From positions 479,915 to 543,914 of the forward strand of contig CAWAMW010000017.1 in the NCBI GenBank assembly GCA_963783305.1: a DNA stretch of 64,000 bases, given 5' to 3'. The DNA is from an uncultured Gemmatimonadales bacterium. Lineage in GTDB: Bacteria > Gemmatimonadota > Gemmatimonadetes > Longimicrobiales > RSA9. Below are positions 1-9,811 of this stretch, in pieces. The translations under genes and the position numbers were made by a program. Each line of letters starts with the position of its first letter. Position 1 is the first letter of the stretch. The notes beneath the pieces are model-generated. The model was not told the origin of the DNA. It saw only the letters and a program-made list of their open reading frames with translations, and searched no databases.

Positions 1-17
1 CTTCGCCTGCCCATCCC

Positions 18-1127
18 TCATTGCCCCTCCGGCCCCTCGGGTTCCGCGCCAAGATAAGGCCCGTCGCTGCCGCGCGCCCGCCCGGGCGGGTACCGCTCCG
101 CCGCACGCTCCACGCGGCTCAACACCTGCCCGACCGTGATCTCCTCCATCCGTCCCAGTTTGGGGGTGAAATCGGAGGGGTCCGGATCATCCCCCGACTC
201 CGTGTAGGCGTCCACCCACAGGTCCTCGTACTTCTGGTAGGGTCCCACCCGCCACGGGTTGGTGTGCCCGTACAGCCCGATCACCGGGGTATCCAGCGCC
301 CGCGCGATGTGGACGGGACCCGTGTCCGGCGCGATCACCAGATCGCTCCCCTCCAGCCGCCAGAGGAGCGGCCGGATGCCATCGCCCATCGCCACCACCG
401 GCTCCGTCTCCGATGCCGCCAGGATCTCCCGCACGATCCCCCGCTCCCGCTCCGAGGGGCCGCCCACGAGGACGGTGTCGTAGCCGTATTCCCGCTCCAG
501 CGCGTCGATCACCGCGGCCCACCGTTCCGGGAGCCAGTCCTTCTTGACGCTGGCCGAGGCGGGGACGATAGCGGCCACCGGCCGATCGAAGCGCTGAAAG
601 AACTCCGCCTGCTCCGCGCGCTCTTCCCGCGTAGGGATGAGCCGCCACTCCAGAGGTCGCGCCGGCACCTCGAGGTATTCCAGGAACTCGAGGAACATGT
701 CCTGGGTGTGGGCCCGCGGCCGCGGTGGCAGACGCTCGTCCACGAACAGCCAGGTCATGTCCCGACTCCGTTCGCGGTCGAACCCGACCCGGCGGTCGGC
801 GCCCGCGAACAGGGTAGGGAACACGCTCTTGAAGTAGATGTTGAGGTTGAGCACCAGATCGCACCGGCGCTGACCCAGCGACCGCCACAGGTCCAGCACC
901 CCCTTCGCGCCCTGGCTCTTCCGGAACACCACCACGTCGTCCACCGCCGGGTGCCCCTGCACGATCGGCGCGGGCATGGGCTCCACGACCCACGTGATGC
1001 GACGGCTCGGGTCCGCACGCTTCAACGCGTTCACGACCGGCAGCCCGTGGATGACATCACCGAGACCGGTGAGCAGGACCACACACAGGTCGCAAACCCC
1101 CTCCAGCGCCTTCGGCGACCCTCTCAT
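18..1127 (-). CDS. Glycosyltransferase family 9 (ADP-heptose:LPS heptosyltransferase-like)
   Basis: GLGDVIH N-terminal motif and APDTGPVHIARAL GT9 motif; ATG at 1127 overlaps the upstream stop (ATGA). Confidence 0.9.
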   Translation of the reverse strand: MRGSPKALEGVCDLCVVLLTGLGDVIHGLPVVNALKRADPSRRITWVVEPMPAPIVQGHPAVDDVVVFRKSQGAKGVLDLWRSLGQRRCDLVLNLNIYFKSVFPTLFAGADRRVGFDRERSRDMTWLFVDERLPPRPRAHTQDMFLEFLEYLEVPARPLEWRLIPTREERAEQAEFFQRFDRPVAAIVPASASVKKDWLPERWAAVIDALEREYGYDTVLVGGPSERERGIVREILAASETEPVVAMGDGIRPLLWRLEGSDLVIAPDTGPVHIARALDTPVIGLYGHTNPWRVGPYQKYEDLWVDAYTESGDDPDPSDFTPKLGRMEEITVGQVLSRVERAAERYPPGRARGSDGPYLGAEPEGPEGQ

Positions 1128-2284
1128 CGCGCGCGCTCCTCCCCCGCCAGCACCCGCTCCGTGTGCTCCACCGTGCGCTCTGGCGCGAACCAGTGCTCCG
1201 CGCGCCAACGGACTTCACGCCGCAGCCCCGCCGCGGTCGCTCCGGCCCCCGGCCGGAGCGCACCGGCCCCTCCCACGGCCACGGCCCCCGGCGGCACCTC
1301 GTCCCGCCCCAGCGCCGTCAGCGCTTCCCGCAGCCCTACCGCCATGGCTTCAGCGTCGTCGGGCGGGACGATCCAGCCCGCCTCGGGCCGGTCCCCCCGT
1401 CGACCGATCGCTTCCCGCACCCCGCTGATGTCGGTGCCGATGATGAGACACCCGGCCGCCATCGCCTCCAGCATCACGTTCGCCATCCCCTCCCTCCGGC
1501 TCGGGAGCACGAACACATCGGCGTCCACCAGCAGGTCGCCCAGGTTCTCCCGGAACCCCAGCCAGTGCACGCGGTCACTGACGCCGAGCGCCTCGGCCCG
1601 CTCCCGAAGCGCTCCTTCCGCTTCGCCCCGACCGGCGATCGCCAGGCGCGCGTCCGACCCGGCCCTCGCGAACGCATCCAGCAGCAGGTCGAATCCCTTT
1701 CGGGACTCCAGCCGACCGGCTCCCGCAACCAGCGGGACGCTCGACGGCAGATCCAGCTCGCTCCGCACGGTCAGGCCGGACGCCTCCGGAGGGCGCACAC
1801 CGTTCAACACCACGTGCACCTCTTCCGCCGGGAACCCCGGTGCCGAATCGAGCCACCTCTGCCGGATCACTTCGGAATTCACGATCAGCGCGTCGATATA
1901 GTGCTCGAAGGCGTGCCGGTACTTCCACTTCGGCGGAAGGTCGTGCTCGATCCCGAGCCGTTCCACCACGCGCGGGACTCCCGCCCGTCGAGCCCCCCAG
2001 CCGCCCCAGAAGACCCGCTTGAACGCCGAGAGCAGCACTACATCCGGTCGCTCCCGCCGCAGCATCGCGGCAAATACCAGCGCCCGCACGATATCCGCAT
2101 CGCCTCCAGGGCGGGCGTGAGTCAGCCGCAGCCCCGCCGCCCGAGCCCGCTCCGCCACCGGCTTCCCTCGCTTGCACGAGACCAGCACATCATGGCCCCG
2201 CTCCGAAAGACCCTTCGCCACCAGCACCAGCCACTTCTCGTTCCCGCCCCAGATCGAAGCGTCGCTCTGCACCACGACCTTCAT
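1124..2284 (-). CDS. Glycosyltransferase family 4
   Basis: GGNEKW; VLPSRREGMANVMLEAMAAG (EX7E) motif. Confidence 0.9.
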   Translation of the reverse strand: MKVVVQSDASIWGGNEKWLVLVAKGLSERGHDVLVSCKRGKPVAERARAAGLRLTHARPGGDADIVRALVFAAMLRRERPDVVLLSAFKRVFWGGWGARRAGVPRVVERLGIEHDLPPKWKYRHAFEHYIDALIVNSEVIRQRWLDSAPGFPAEEVHVVLNGVRPPEASGLTVRSELDLPSSVPLVAGAGRLESRKGFDLLLDAFARAGSDARLAIAGRGEAEGALRERAEALGVSDRVHWLGFRENLGDLLVDADVFVLPSRREGMANVMLEAMAAGCLIIGTDISGVREAIGRRGDRPEAGWIVPPDDAEAMAVGLREALTALGRDEVPPGAVAVGGAGALRPGAGATAAGLRREVRWRAEHWFAPERTVEHTERVLAGEERAR

Positions 2285-2994
2285 GCGGCGTCGCGGAGGA
2301 TCAGGGCGTGCTCCCGTCCGGATGGAGAGATGTGGAAGATGCCGTAGCCGTGCGCGCGCAGCATGGCGAGCGCATCCTCTGTGGCCGCGATCCCGATCCC
2401 GGGAAACCGGTGATGGAACTCCACCAGCACGACCCGGGGGCGCAGCCCGGCGTCTATCATGTCGCGGATCACTTCGTACTCGACTCCCTCGACGTCCAGC
2501 TTGAGCAGGTGGATGTCATTATGGCCGTGCGCCTCCAGCAGCGTCGGCAGACGACGGACCTCCACTCGATCGCCAGCGCCCTCCTCGTGCTCCCGGACCA
2601 TGCTCTGGGATCCCCAGGGGCTCCTGGACCCGTGGAAGAACGCGCTGCCATCGTAGCCGGCAACGCCCTGGTCCACGTGCCGGAACCGCGCGGGCAGCTC
2701 CTGCCCCCCCAGCCAGGCCACGCTCGAGGGCGTGGGGTCGAAGCCCAGCACGTCCATCTCGAAACGCTCCGCCAGGTGCCGCTCCAGGCGGATGTCGTGG
2801 CCGAGACCGAAGCAGTAGGCGACACCGCCACGGGGCATCAGATCGGGGCAGATCCACCATCCCCCGTGCTCCTCCACACGGCACTCGATCTCCACCCGGC
2901 TCTGCACCTCACTGCCGAGCCACTGCCGTACCCGCCGCTTCGCCCGCAGCACTGAAGGCGCCCGCTCGATCCTCTTCCACCAGTCCGGTCTCAC
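2281..2994 (-). CDS. FkbM-family methyltransferase
   Basis: FGLGHD...GFDPTP, LLKLDVEGVEY, VEFHH; GTG start inferred from GTGA overlap at 2991-2994. Confidence 0.8.
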   Translation of the reverse strand: MRPDWWKRIERAPSVLRAKRRVRQWLGSEVQSRVEIECRVEEHGGWWICPDLMPRGGVAYCFGLGHDIRLERHLAERFEMDVLGFDPTPSSVAWLGGQELPARFRHVDQGVAGYDGSAFFHGSRSPWGSQSMVREHEEGAGDRVEVRRLPTLLEAHGHNDIHLLKLDVEGVEYEVIRDMIDAGLRPRVVLVEFHHRFPGIGIAATEDALAMLRAHGYGIFHISPSGREHALILRDAA

Positions 2995-4178
2995 TCCGCT
3001 CCTTTGGTTGCTTCCGCGTCTCCCGCGGGCGACCCGGCCTCGGCTCGGCTCCCTGCCCGCAGCACCCGTTCCCACTCATCCAGCATCCGCTCGGGGTCGA
3101 ACCGCGCACGGGCGGCCCGGCGCGCCGCCTCCCCCATGGCACGGAGTAGGCCCCGCTCCGGGAGCAGCGCACGCAGCGCCGCTTCCAGATCACCGGGCTC
3201 GAACCCCACCACCACGCCCGGCGCGGTACCCTCGTCCACCGGGGCCAGCGCCTCCCGAGCGCCGCTCACGTCGGTGCTCACTACCGGAACGCCCGCGGCC
3301 AGCGCCTCCAGCATGGCGTTGCTCATCCCCTCCCGGTCCGATGGCAGGACGAACACGTCCATGGCGTCCAGGACAGGGCCCACGTCCTCCTGGTGGCCGG
3401 GAAGATGTAGACGAGCTCCCACGCCCGCGCTCGTGGCCTCCCGCTCCAGCGCGGCGCGCTCAGGACCCTCCCCCACCACAACCGCGTGCGCCTCCGGCAT
3501 CGACCGCAGTACTCCCACCAGCCGGTCGTATCGCTTCTGCGTTGCCAGCCGCCCCACCGACCCCAGCAGCGGCGCGTCCAGCGGGATCCCGGTCATGGCG
3601 CGGAACGAGGCGCCACCGCGCAGCGCGGGCGGGCGCACACCGGTGTGGATGGTGACGGTCTCTCCGGGGAATTCGGGCATGCGCTCCAGGAACCGCTCCC
3701 GCATCCCGTCCGCGTTGAAGACCACCGCGTCGATCCAGTGGCCGAAGACAAAACGGTACTTGGCGTTGCGGGGCATGTCCGTCTCGAGCCCTATGCGCGC
3801 CACGACACGGGGTACGCCCGCAATCCGGGCGGCCAGCGCTCCCAGCCAGAGCTTCCGGAACGTACCGAGGAGGAGCACCTCCGGGCCTCTGCGCCGCAGC
3901 TCCCGGGCAAACCGGAGCGCCTGGTGGATCGCGATGTCGCCCCCCAGATGCTGCCGCCGGGTGAGGATCCCCATGGCGGCCGCCCTCCGCTTCACCTCGG
4001 GGTCACTGCAGTAGAGGCGCACCGCGTGGCCGCGGCCGTCGAGGCCACTCAGGACCCGGGCCAAGGCGATCTCCGCCCCGCCCCATACCGGAGCACCGTT
4101 GTGGGCGGCCACCCGGAGCGGCCGCGCGATCTCGGCCTCCCCCTCCCCTCCTGCGCCCCCCCCGATCGCCCCCGCCAC
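2991..4178 (-). CDS. Glycosyltransferase family 4
   Basis: WGGAE; VLPSDREGMSNAMLEALAAG; start (GTG just after the ABC gene stop) inferred. Confidence 0.85.
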   Translation of the reverse strand: MAGAIGGGAGGEGEAEIARPLRVAAHNGAPVWGGAEIALARVLSGLDGRGHAVRLYCSDPEVKRRAAAMGILTRRQHLGGDIAIHQALRFARELRRRGPEVLLLGTFRKLWLGALAARIAGVPRVVARIGLETDMPRNAKYRFVFGHWIDAVVFNADGMRERFLERMPEFPGETVTIHTGVRPPALRGGASFRAMTGIPLDAPLLGSVGRLATQKRYDRLVGVLRSMPEAHAVVVGEGPERAALEREATSAGVGARLHLPGHQEDVGPVLDAMDVFVLPSDREGMSNAMLEALAAGVPVVSTDVSGAREALAPVDEGTAPGVVVGFEPGDLEAALRALLPERGLLRAMGEAARRAARARFDPERMLDEWERVLRAGSRAEAGSPAGDAEATKGAE

Positions 4179-4179
4179 C

Positions 4180-6024
4180 TCAGCCGACCGCCGGGCCGGC
4201 CGCTTCCATGTCCGCGAACTGGAGCTGGTAGAGCCGTCGATACAGCCCGTCCCGCTCCAGCAGCTCCTCGTGCGTCCCCTGGTCCACCACCGCGCCATCC
4301 TTCATGACCACGATCCTGTCGGCCTTCCGGACCGTGGACAGCCGGTGCGCGATTACCAGCACCGTGCGGTCCTCCATGAGACGCTCGATCGCCTGCTGCA
4401 CCAGAGACTCGCTCTGGGTGTCCAGCGCGCTCGTGGCCTCGTCCAGGATCAGGATGGGCGCATCCCGCAGCAGCGCACGCGCAATGGCGATCCGCTGCCG
4501 CTGACCTCCGCTCAGCCGCGTGCCCCGCTCGCCCAGCACCGTGTCGTAGCCCTCCGGCAGCTGCACGATGAAGTCGTGGGCGTGCGCCGCCCGCGCCGCC
4601 GCCTCCAGCGCCTCCTGCGGCACGTCGCCGGCGCCGTATCCGATGTTGGCACGGACCGTATCGTGGAAGAGGATCGTCTCCTGGGTCACGATCCCCATGA
4701 GCGACCGCAGGTCGCCTGTCCGGAGCTCCCGCAGGTCCGTCCCATCCAGCGTGATCCGCCCCGCGGTCGGCTCATAGAATCGCGGGACCAGGTTGGCGAT
4801 CGTCGTCTTACCCGCCCCGCTCGGCCCCACCAGCGCAACCACATCGCCGCGTCCGATCTCGAGATCGACGCCCCGCAGCACCGGCTCCCCCGGCTCGTAC
4901 TCGAAGCCCACCGACTCCAGCCGGATCGCGTCGTCGAAACCGTCCACCCGGCGGGCGTCCGGTGGATCCGTGATCTCCGGCCGGGCGTCCAGCAGCTCGA
5001 ACGCCCGCTCCGCCGCCGCCAGCCCCGGCTGCACGATGGCCGGGAACTTCCCGAGCCACTTGATCGGCGACAGGATCCGCGCGGCCAGCACCGTGAACGC
5101 GATGAACGCGCCCGGCGCCAGCGTTCCCTCCACCAGCACCTGCCGGCTCCCGAACCAGAGCACCACCAGGAGCGCCGTGGCGATGATCATCTCGTTGGCC
5201 GGTGGGAAGAACTGCCGCCAGCGCTCGTTCCGAACTGTCGCCTTGTACTGCCGCCGCGTGAGCTCCCGGAACCGGGCCTCCTCGTACCGCTCCGACCCCG
5301 TAGCTTTCACCAGCCGCACACCGCCAATCGACTCCTGGATGTGCGACGACACCTCGCCCACCGCGTCCCACACCTTCAGCACCCCCGCCCAGATCCGCTT
5401 CCGGAACCGCTGCCACAGCCCCATCATCACCGGCAGTGCGATGAGCGTCGCCAGCGTCAGCTGCCAGGAGAGGAGCAGCAGCACGACAAGGAACGCCGCG
5501 GCCTGGATCACGTTGCTCAGACCCTGCGCCAGGTTCCGCGTCACCAGCGTGCGGAGCTGGTCCACGTCGTTCGTCACGCGGGAGATGATCTGGCCAGACT
5601 TCGTCCGCTGGAAGAAGCCCAGGTCCATCTCCATCAGGTGCGAATAGATCTCGTCCCGCAGGTCCTTGGTCACCCGCTGTTCGATCACCACGACCACGTA
5701 CAGCTGGATGTACAGCGCGATGTTCTTCAGCAGGAAGATGAGGAACAGGATCACCAGCACGTTCCTGAGTCCCACCATCGGCGCGTCCGGCGGGATCATC
5801 CCCCCCACCACGTCGTTCAGGAAGTCGTACACGCCCCCCTCCCGACCCGCAAAGAGCGATGAGCCCGCCTCCGCTGGATCCCTGAACAGCACCTCCAGGA
5901 ACGGGATCAGCATCGCCATGCTGATCGCGTCCAGCGCGCTGAAGATCGCCATGGCGACGACCGACAGCGCGAAAAGCCCGCGATAGGGCTTCAGGTAGCG
6001 CAGGATTCGGATATAACGACGCAA
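4180..6024 (-). CDS. MsbA-like ABC transporter, fused permease/ATPase (lipid A/LPS flippase-like)
   Basis: N-terminal TM domain, Walker A GPSGAGKT, LSGGQRQR, ILDEATSALD; LPS context. Confidence 0.9.
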   Translation of the reverse strand: MRRYIRILRYLKPYRGLFALSVVAMAIFSALDAISMAMLIPFLEVLFRDPAEAGSSLFAGREGGVYDFLNDVVGGMIPPDAPMVGLRNVLVILFLIFLLKNIALYIQLYVVVVIEQRVTKDLRDEIYSHLMEMDLGFFQRTKSGQIISRVTNDVDQLRTLVTRNLAQGLSNVIQAAAFLVVLLLLSWQLTLATLIALPVMMGLWQRFRKRIWAGVLKVWDAVGEVSSHIQESIGGVRLVKATGSERYEEARFRELTRRQYKATVRNERWRQFFPPANEMIIATALLVVLWFGSRQVLVEGTLAPGAFIAFTVLAARILSPIKWLGKFPAIVQPGLAAAERAFELLDARPEITDPPDARRVDGFDDAIRLESVGFEYEPGEPVLRGVDLEIGRGDVVALVGPSGAGKTTIANLVPRFYEPTAGRITLDGTDLRELRTGDLRSLMGIVTQETILFHDTVRANIGYGAGDVPQEALEAAARAAHAHDFIVQLPEGYDTVLGERGTRLSGGQRQRIAIARALLRDAPILILDEATSALDTQSESLVQQAIERLMEDRTVLVIAHRLSTVRKADRIVVMKDGAVVDQGTHEELLERDGLYRRLYQLQFADMEAAGPAVG

Positions 6025-6169
6025 AACGATTCCTCAGAGAAGTCTCAGCGGCACACCCGGCCCCCGGTCACCGCGCCCGTTGATACCACCTTCTCCCCCC
6101 CAGGGTCCACTCGGCCGAAGGCCGCCCCCGCGAGCGAAGCGAGCCCCCGCGGCCCAACGCCGCCCCCGG

Positions 6170-7726
6170 CTACCGGGGCCGGAGGGTCGCCACCGGAAGC
6201 ACCATCTCCTCGGGAGAGATCCCGCCGTGCAGGAACGAACCCCGGTACCGCGCCTGGTACTCCCGCAGCTTGGTGGGATAGACGAAGAAGTAGTCCTCGA
6301 GGGCGATCAGGTAGTTCGTGGCCATGCGGCCGGGCGGAAACCGGAGCGCGGTCTCGTCATTGACCCCGAACACGGCCCGGGGCTGCTCCGCACGCAGATC
6401 CTGCCCGAACTTGTAGCGCAGGTTGGAGGTCGCGTCGCGGCGGGCGTACACCGTCACGGGCCGCTCGCAGAGGATGGAGCCGTGGTCCGTGGTCATGACC
6501 ACTTCCACGCCCTGCTCGGCGGCCTCCGTGAGGATCCGGAGCGCCGAGGAGCCTTCGAACCACTGCCGGGTCAGCGCCCGCAGACGGGGTACATCCCGCG
6601 CCACCTCCATCAGCAGGCTCGATTCGCTCCGGCCGTGGATGAGCAGGTCCACGAAGTTGAAGACCAGGCTCACGACGCCGGGCTCCTTCATGGCGGTCCG
6701 AACCCGCGCGATGAGGTCGTCCGCCCCATCGTCGCTGAACACCTTCTCGTAGTGCACCGGCACGTCCCGCCCCGTCAGCTCGCGGAGGTGCTGCGAGAAC
6801 AGCTCGTCCTCGAACGCGTTCAGGCTCCCCTCCTCCTGCTCCCACCACTCGGGTCGCCGCTCGGCGATGTCGTCCGGGAAGAGCCCGCTGAAGATGGCGT
6901 TCCGCGAATAGGGCGTAGCCGTCGGGAGGATGCTGGAGTAGAGGTCCTCCTCGATCTCGAAGAGGTCCGTCAGAACCGGCCGGATGACGCGCCACTGGTC
7001 CAGCCGCATGCAGTCGATGACGACGAACAGCACCGGCCGCTCACCCAGGCGCGGGACGAGCCATTGCCGCACCACGTCCGTGCTGAGCGCCGGCCGCGCT
7101 CCCGGCGTCTGGGTGCGCAGCCAGCCCGCATAGCTGTCCCGCACGTGCTCACCGAACTCCCGCCGCAGGTCGTCCAGCAGCGATCGTACGGAGTCCACCA
7201 GGCCGTCCTCGCCCGCCTCCTCCAGTCGCAGCTCCCAGTCGACCAGCTCCGAGTAGATGTCGAAGTAATCCCGCCAACCGCTCGCCCGGTCCTTCTCGGC
7301 GCTCAGCTCGATGAACCGACCGGCGAAGTCCTGCGCGGCCCGCTGCTGCCGCAGCTGCGAGCCCTCCAGCAGCCGGGTCACCACTGAGAGCACCTGCCGC
7401 GGCGAAGCCGGCTTGACCAGGTAGTCATCCACACGGCGGCCGATGGCCTCCTGCATGGTCTGGTCTTCCTCCGATTTGGTCACCATGACCACACGCACAT
7501 GCGGCGCATCCCGACGCAGGTTCCGGAGCACGTCGAGACCGGACCGCCCCGGCATCTGCTCGTCCAGCAGAACCAGGTCGTACGACTCGCGTCCCACCAT
7601 CTCCAGCGCGTCATCGCCGTTCGTGGTGGTGTCCACCTGGTAACCGCGCTGGCGCAGGAAGAGGAGGTGGGGCTCCAGAAGCTCCACCTCGTCATCCACC
7701 CACAGGATCCGACGATCGTTGGCCAT
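6170..7726 (-). CDS. PorX-like response regulator: receiver domain plus PglZ (alkaline-phosphatase superfamily) domain
   Basis: WVDDE...LLDEQMPG...YLVKP receiver; IDCMRLDQW, ILPTATPYSRNAIFSG, FVDLLIHG, TTDHGS, HGGISPEEM PglZ motifs. Confidence 0.85.
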   Translation of the reverse strand: MANDRRILWVDDEVELLEPHLLFLRQRGYQVDTTTNGDDALEMVGRESYDLVLLDEQMPGRSGLDVLRNLRRDAPHVRVVMVTKSEEDQTMQEAIGRRVDDYLVKPASPRQVLSVVTRLLEGSQLRQQRAAQDFAGRFIELSAEKDRASGWRDYFDIYSELVDWELRLEEAGEDGLVDSVRSLLDDLRREFGEHVRDSYAGWLRTQTPGARPALSTDVVRQWLVPRLGERPVLFVVIDCMRLDQWRVIRPVLTDLFEIEEDLYSSILPTATPYSRNAIFSGLFPDDIAERRPEWWEQEEGSLNAFEDELFSQHLRELTGRDVPVHYEKVFSDDGADDLIARVRTAMKEPGVVSLVFNFVDLLIHGRSESSLLMEVARDVPRLRALTRQWFEGSSALRILTEAAEQGVEVVMTTDHGSILCERPVTVYARRDATSNLRYKFGQDLRAEQPRAVFGVNDETALRFPPGRMATNYLIALEDYFFVYPTKLREYQARYRGSFLHGGISPEEMVLPVATLRPR

Positions 7727-7735
7727 TGAGGGAAG

Positions 7736-8812
7736 CTACTCCTCCGTCGGGGACGCCGCGAGGTATCGCTCGTGCGCTCGACGAACTCGCTCCAGCACCG
7801 CTTCCACCGTCACCCGCGACATCCCGTCCGGCCGGTACTCCATGCTCGCCTCGTACTGCTCGCCCTCGTGGCGCGCGTACCCGTCCACCACCAGGTCCTC
7901 GAACGCCCGGTAGGGCCCGTACCGCTTCGGGTTCGTATACCCGTACAGCCCGACCACGGGGGTCCCCAGCGCCCGCGCCAGGTGCAGCGGCCCGGTGTCC
8001 GGGCTGATCACCAGTGGCGCCCCCTCCAGAGTCCAGACCAGACGGCGGAGGTCGTCGCCCAGCGCGTCCACCACCGCCGCGCCGGTCCGCGCCAGGATCG
8101 CATCCGCCATCTCGCGCTCCACGGCCGAGGGGCCGCCCACGATCACCGGCCGCATCCCGAACTCCCTCTCCACCGCATCCATGACCCGGGCGTACCCCTC
8201 CGCCGTCCAGTTCTTCGCCGGCTTGCTCGTCCCCACCACGAACGCGCACGCCGGCCGGCCGAGTGAGTCGAAGAACGCATCGCGGGCAGCCCTGTCCCCA
8301 TCGCTCAGCGGAACACGCCACTCCACCGGCTCCGGGTCGACCCCCAGGTGCTCGAGGAACTCGAAATACTGGTCCTGCACGTGCTGGACGGGGTGGGGCG
8401 CGATCCGCTCGTTGGTCACCAGCCAGTTCAGGTCCCGGGCCCGCCCCCGGTCGAACCCCAGCTTCACGTCCGCACGCGTCAGCGCGGTCAGGAGCCCCGC
8501 CTTCGCGTACACCTGGAGCCCCAGCACCAGATCGAACCGCCGCTCCCGCAGCTCCACCGCCGCGTCCCGGAACGACCGCCACGCCGATAGCCCTCTCCGA
8601 CGACGGAACACCACGAACCGGTCCACCGCCGGATGTCCCCGCACCAGCCGATGCGGCACCGGCTGAATCAGCCACGTGATCCGCGTGTCCGGCCACGCCC
8701 GCTTCAGCGCGTTCACCACCGGCAGCACATGCACCGCGTCGCCCAGCGCGCTGAGCATCACGATGCAGACTTCCGCCGGCGGCTCCTCCCTGAACCTCTC
8801 AACCGCGCTCAT
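7736..8812 (-). CDS. Glycosyltransferase family 9 (heptosyltransferase-like)
   Basis: SALGDAVH, ISPDTGPLHLARAL; paralog of 18-1127; start may be 8830. Confidence 0.9.
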   Translation of the reverse strand: MSAVERFREEPPAEVCIVMLSALGDAVHVLPVVNALKRAWPDTRITWLIQPVPHRLVRGHPAVDRFVVFRRRRGLSAWRSFRDAAVELRERRFDLVLGLQVYAKAGLLTALTRADVKLGFDRGRARDLNWLVTNERIAPHPVQHVQDQYFEFLEHLGVDPEPVEWRVPLSDGDRAARDAFFDSLGRPACAFVVGTSKPAKNWTAEGYARVMDAVEREFGMRPVIVGGPSAVEREMADAILARTGAAVVDALGDDLRRLVWTLEGAPLVISPDTGPLHLARALGTPVVGLYGYTNPKRYGPYRAFEDLVVDGYARHEGEQYEASMEYRPDGMSRVTVEAVLERVRRAHERYLAASPTEE

Positions 8813-8835
8813 ATCCAATGTCGAATGCACAATCC

Positions 8836-8858
8836 GAAATTTGAATTTGAATTTGAAG
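8836..8858. repeat. Short AT-rich tandem repeat (AATTTG)x3
   Basis: gaaatttgaatttgaatttgaag in an intergenic gap of otherwise ~70% GC DNA. Confidence 0.7.
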
Positions 8859-8887
8859 TGGATGCTTCTCTGCTTCCACCCTAGGTG

Positions 8888-9640
8888 TCACCGCTCGATA
8901 CTCGATCCTCCATACCCGTCCCGAAAAGCCTGCACCACCCCATCCGCCAGCCGCCGCCCCGTACTTCGTTCCCACTTCCGCGCCGAGCGCCAGAACCGAT
9001 CCAGCATCCGCCTCCGCGCCCGGTCACCGACCCGGGACCGGATCGACGCCCGGTCCAGATCCAGGATCAACGCGCGCGAATCGCCGGCGGCCCCGGAGTG
9101 CGCGCCGTCGGCGATCAGGATGTTCTTGAGGTTCAGGTCCCGGTGGACGCCGCCCCGCTCGTGCAGCAGCCTCACGACCGAGCCTGCCGCCCGCATGGCC
9201 TGGGCGGGATCGAATGGAGAGGTTTCGAAGAGGACACTCGCCAGGTCACGGGACCCCGCCACGTACTCGGTCACCAGGTCACCCCGGTACCACGGGCCGC
9301 TCCCGTACACGGCTCCGCCCACGTGCCGCGGCGTCGGAACGCCCATTCCCTCCAGCGCCCGTCCCACCCCGAACTCCCGCACCGGTCGCGGAGTGCCCAG
9401 CCGCAGGTAGCGGTCGTCCAGCAGGGACGCGATGGCGCCGCCCCGGTGGTAATGCCGCACCGCCCAGAGCCCAGAGCCCACCAGCGCGGGTACCACGAAG
9501 ACCCGCCCACGGCCTTCCAGCGTGGCTGCTGCCGGGTGCGCCGCCGCCGCATCCGCCAGCGTGCCGGCATCGCGGACCCAGCTTTCCAGCGCCTCGCGCG
9601 CGCCAGGTCGCGCGACGATCTCCGTCGTCCGGTTCAACAC
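8888..9640 (-). CDS. LPS kinase, Kdo kinase (KdkA/InaA/WaaP family)
   Basis: VRHYHRGG, GVHRDLNLKNILI, LILDLD kinase motifs characteristic of KdkA. Confidence 0.85.
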   Translation of the reverse strand: MLNRTTEIVARPGAREALESWVRDAGTLADAAAAHPAAATLEGRGRVFVVPALVGSGLWAVRHYHRGGAIASLLDDRYLRLGTPRPVREFGVGRALEGMGVPTPRHVGGAVYGSGPWYRGDLVTEYVAGSRDLASVLFETSPFDPAQAMRAAGSVVRLLHERGGVHRDLNLKNILIADGAHSGAAGDSRALILDLDRASIRSRVGDRARRRMLDRFWRSARKWERSTGRRLADGVVQAFRDGYGGSSIER

Positions 9641-9811
9641 CTGACCCGCTCATGTCAAAGGGACTCTCGTGCGCGGCTGCGGCGCAGGACGGACCCGTGA
9701 AGGATGACCACCACGCCGGCGGGCGGCAACACCGTTCCGGCCGTCCGGGGGAGCGACCGTGGCGGGTTGACGTGCCGCTACCTCCTGTGGGACGGCGGGT
9801 GTTCCGGCGAC

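Noticed and set aside
6170..7726. BREX defence system
   Set aside because: PglZ is fused to a receiver domain (PorX architecture), and no brxC, pglX or brxL genes are present.
8836..8858. Phase-variable repeat controlling LPS genes
   Set aside because: Only three units and intergenic; no evidence of length variation.
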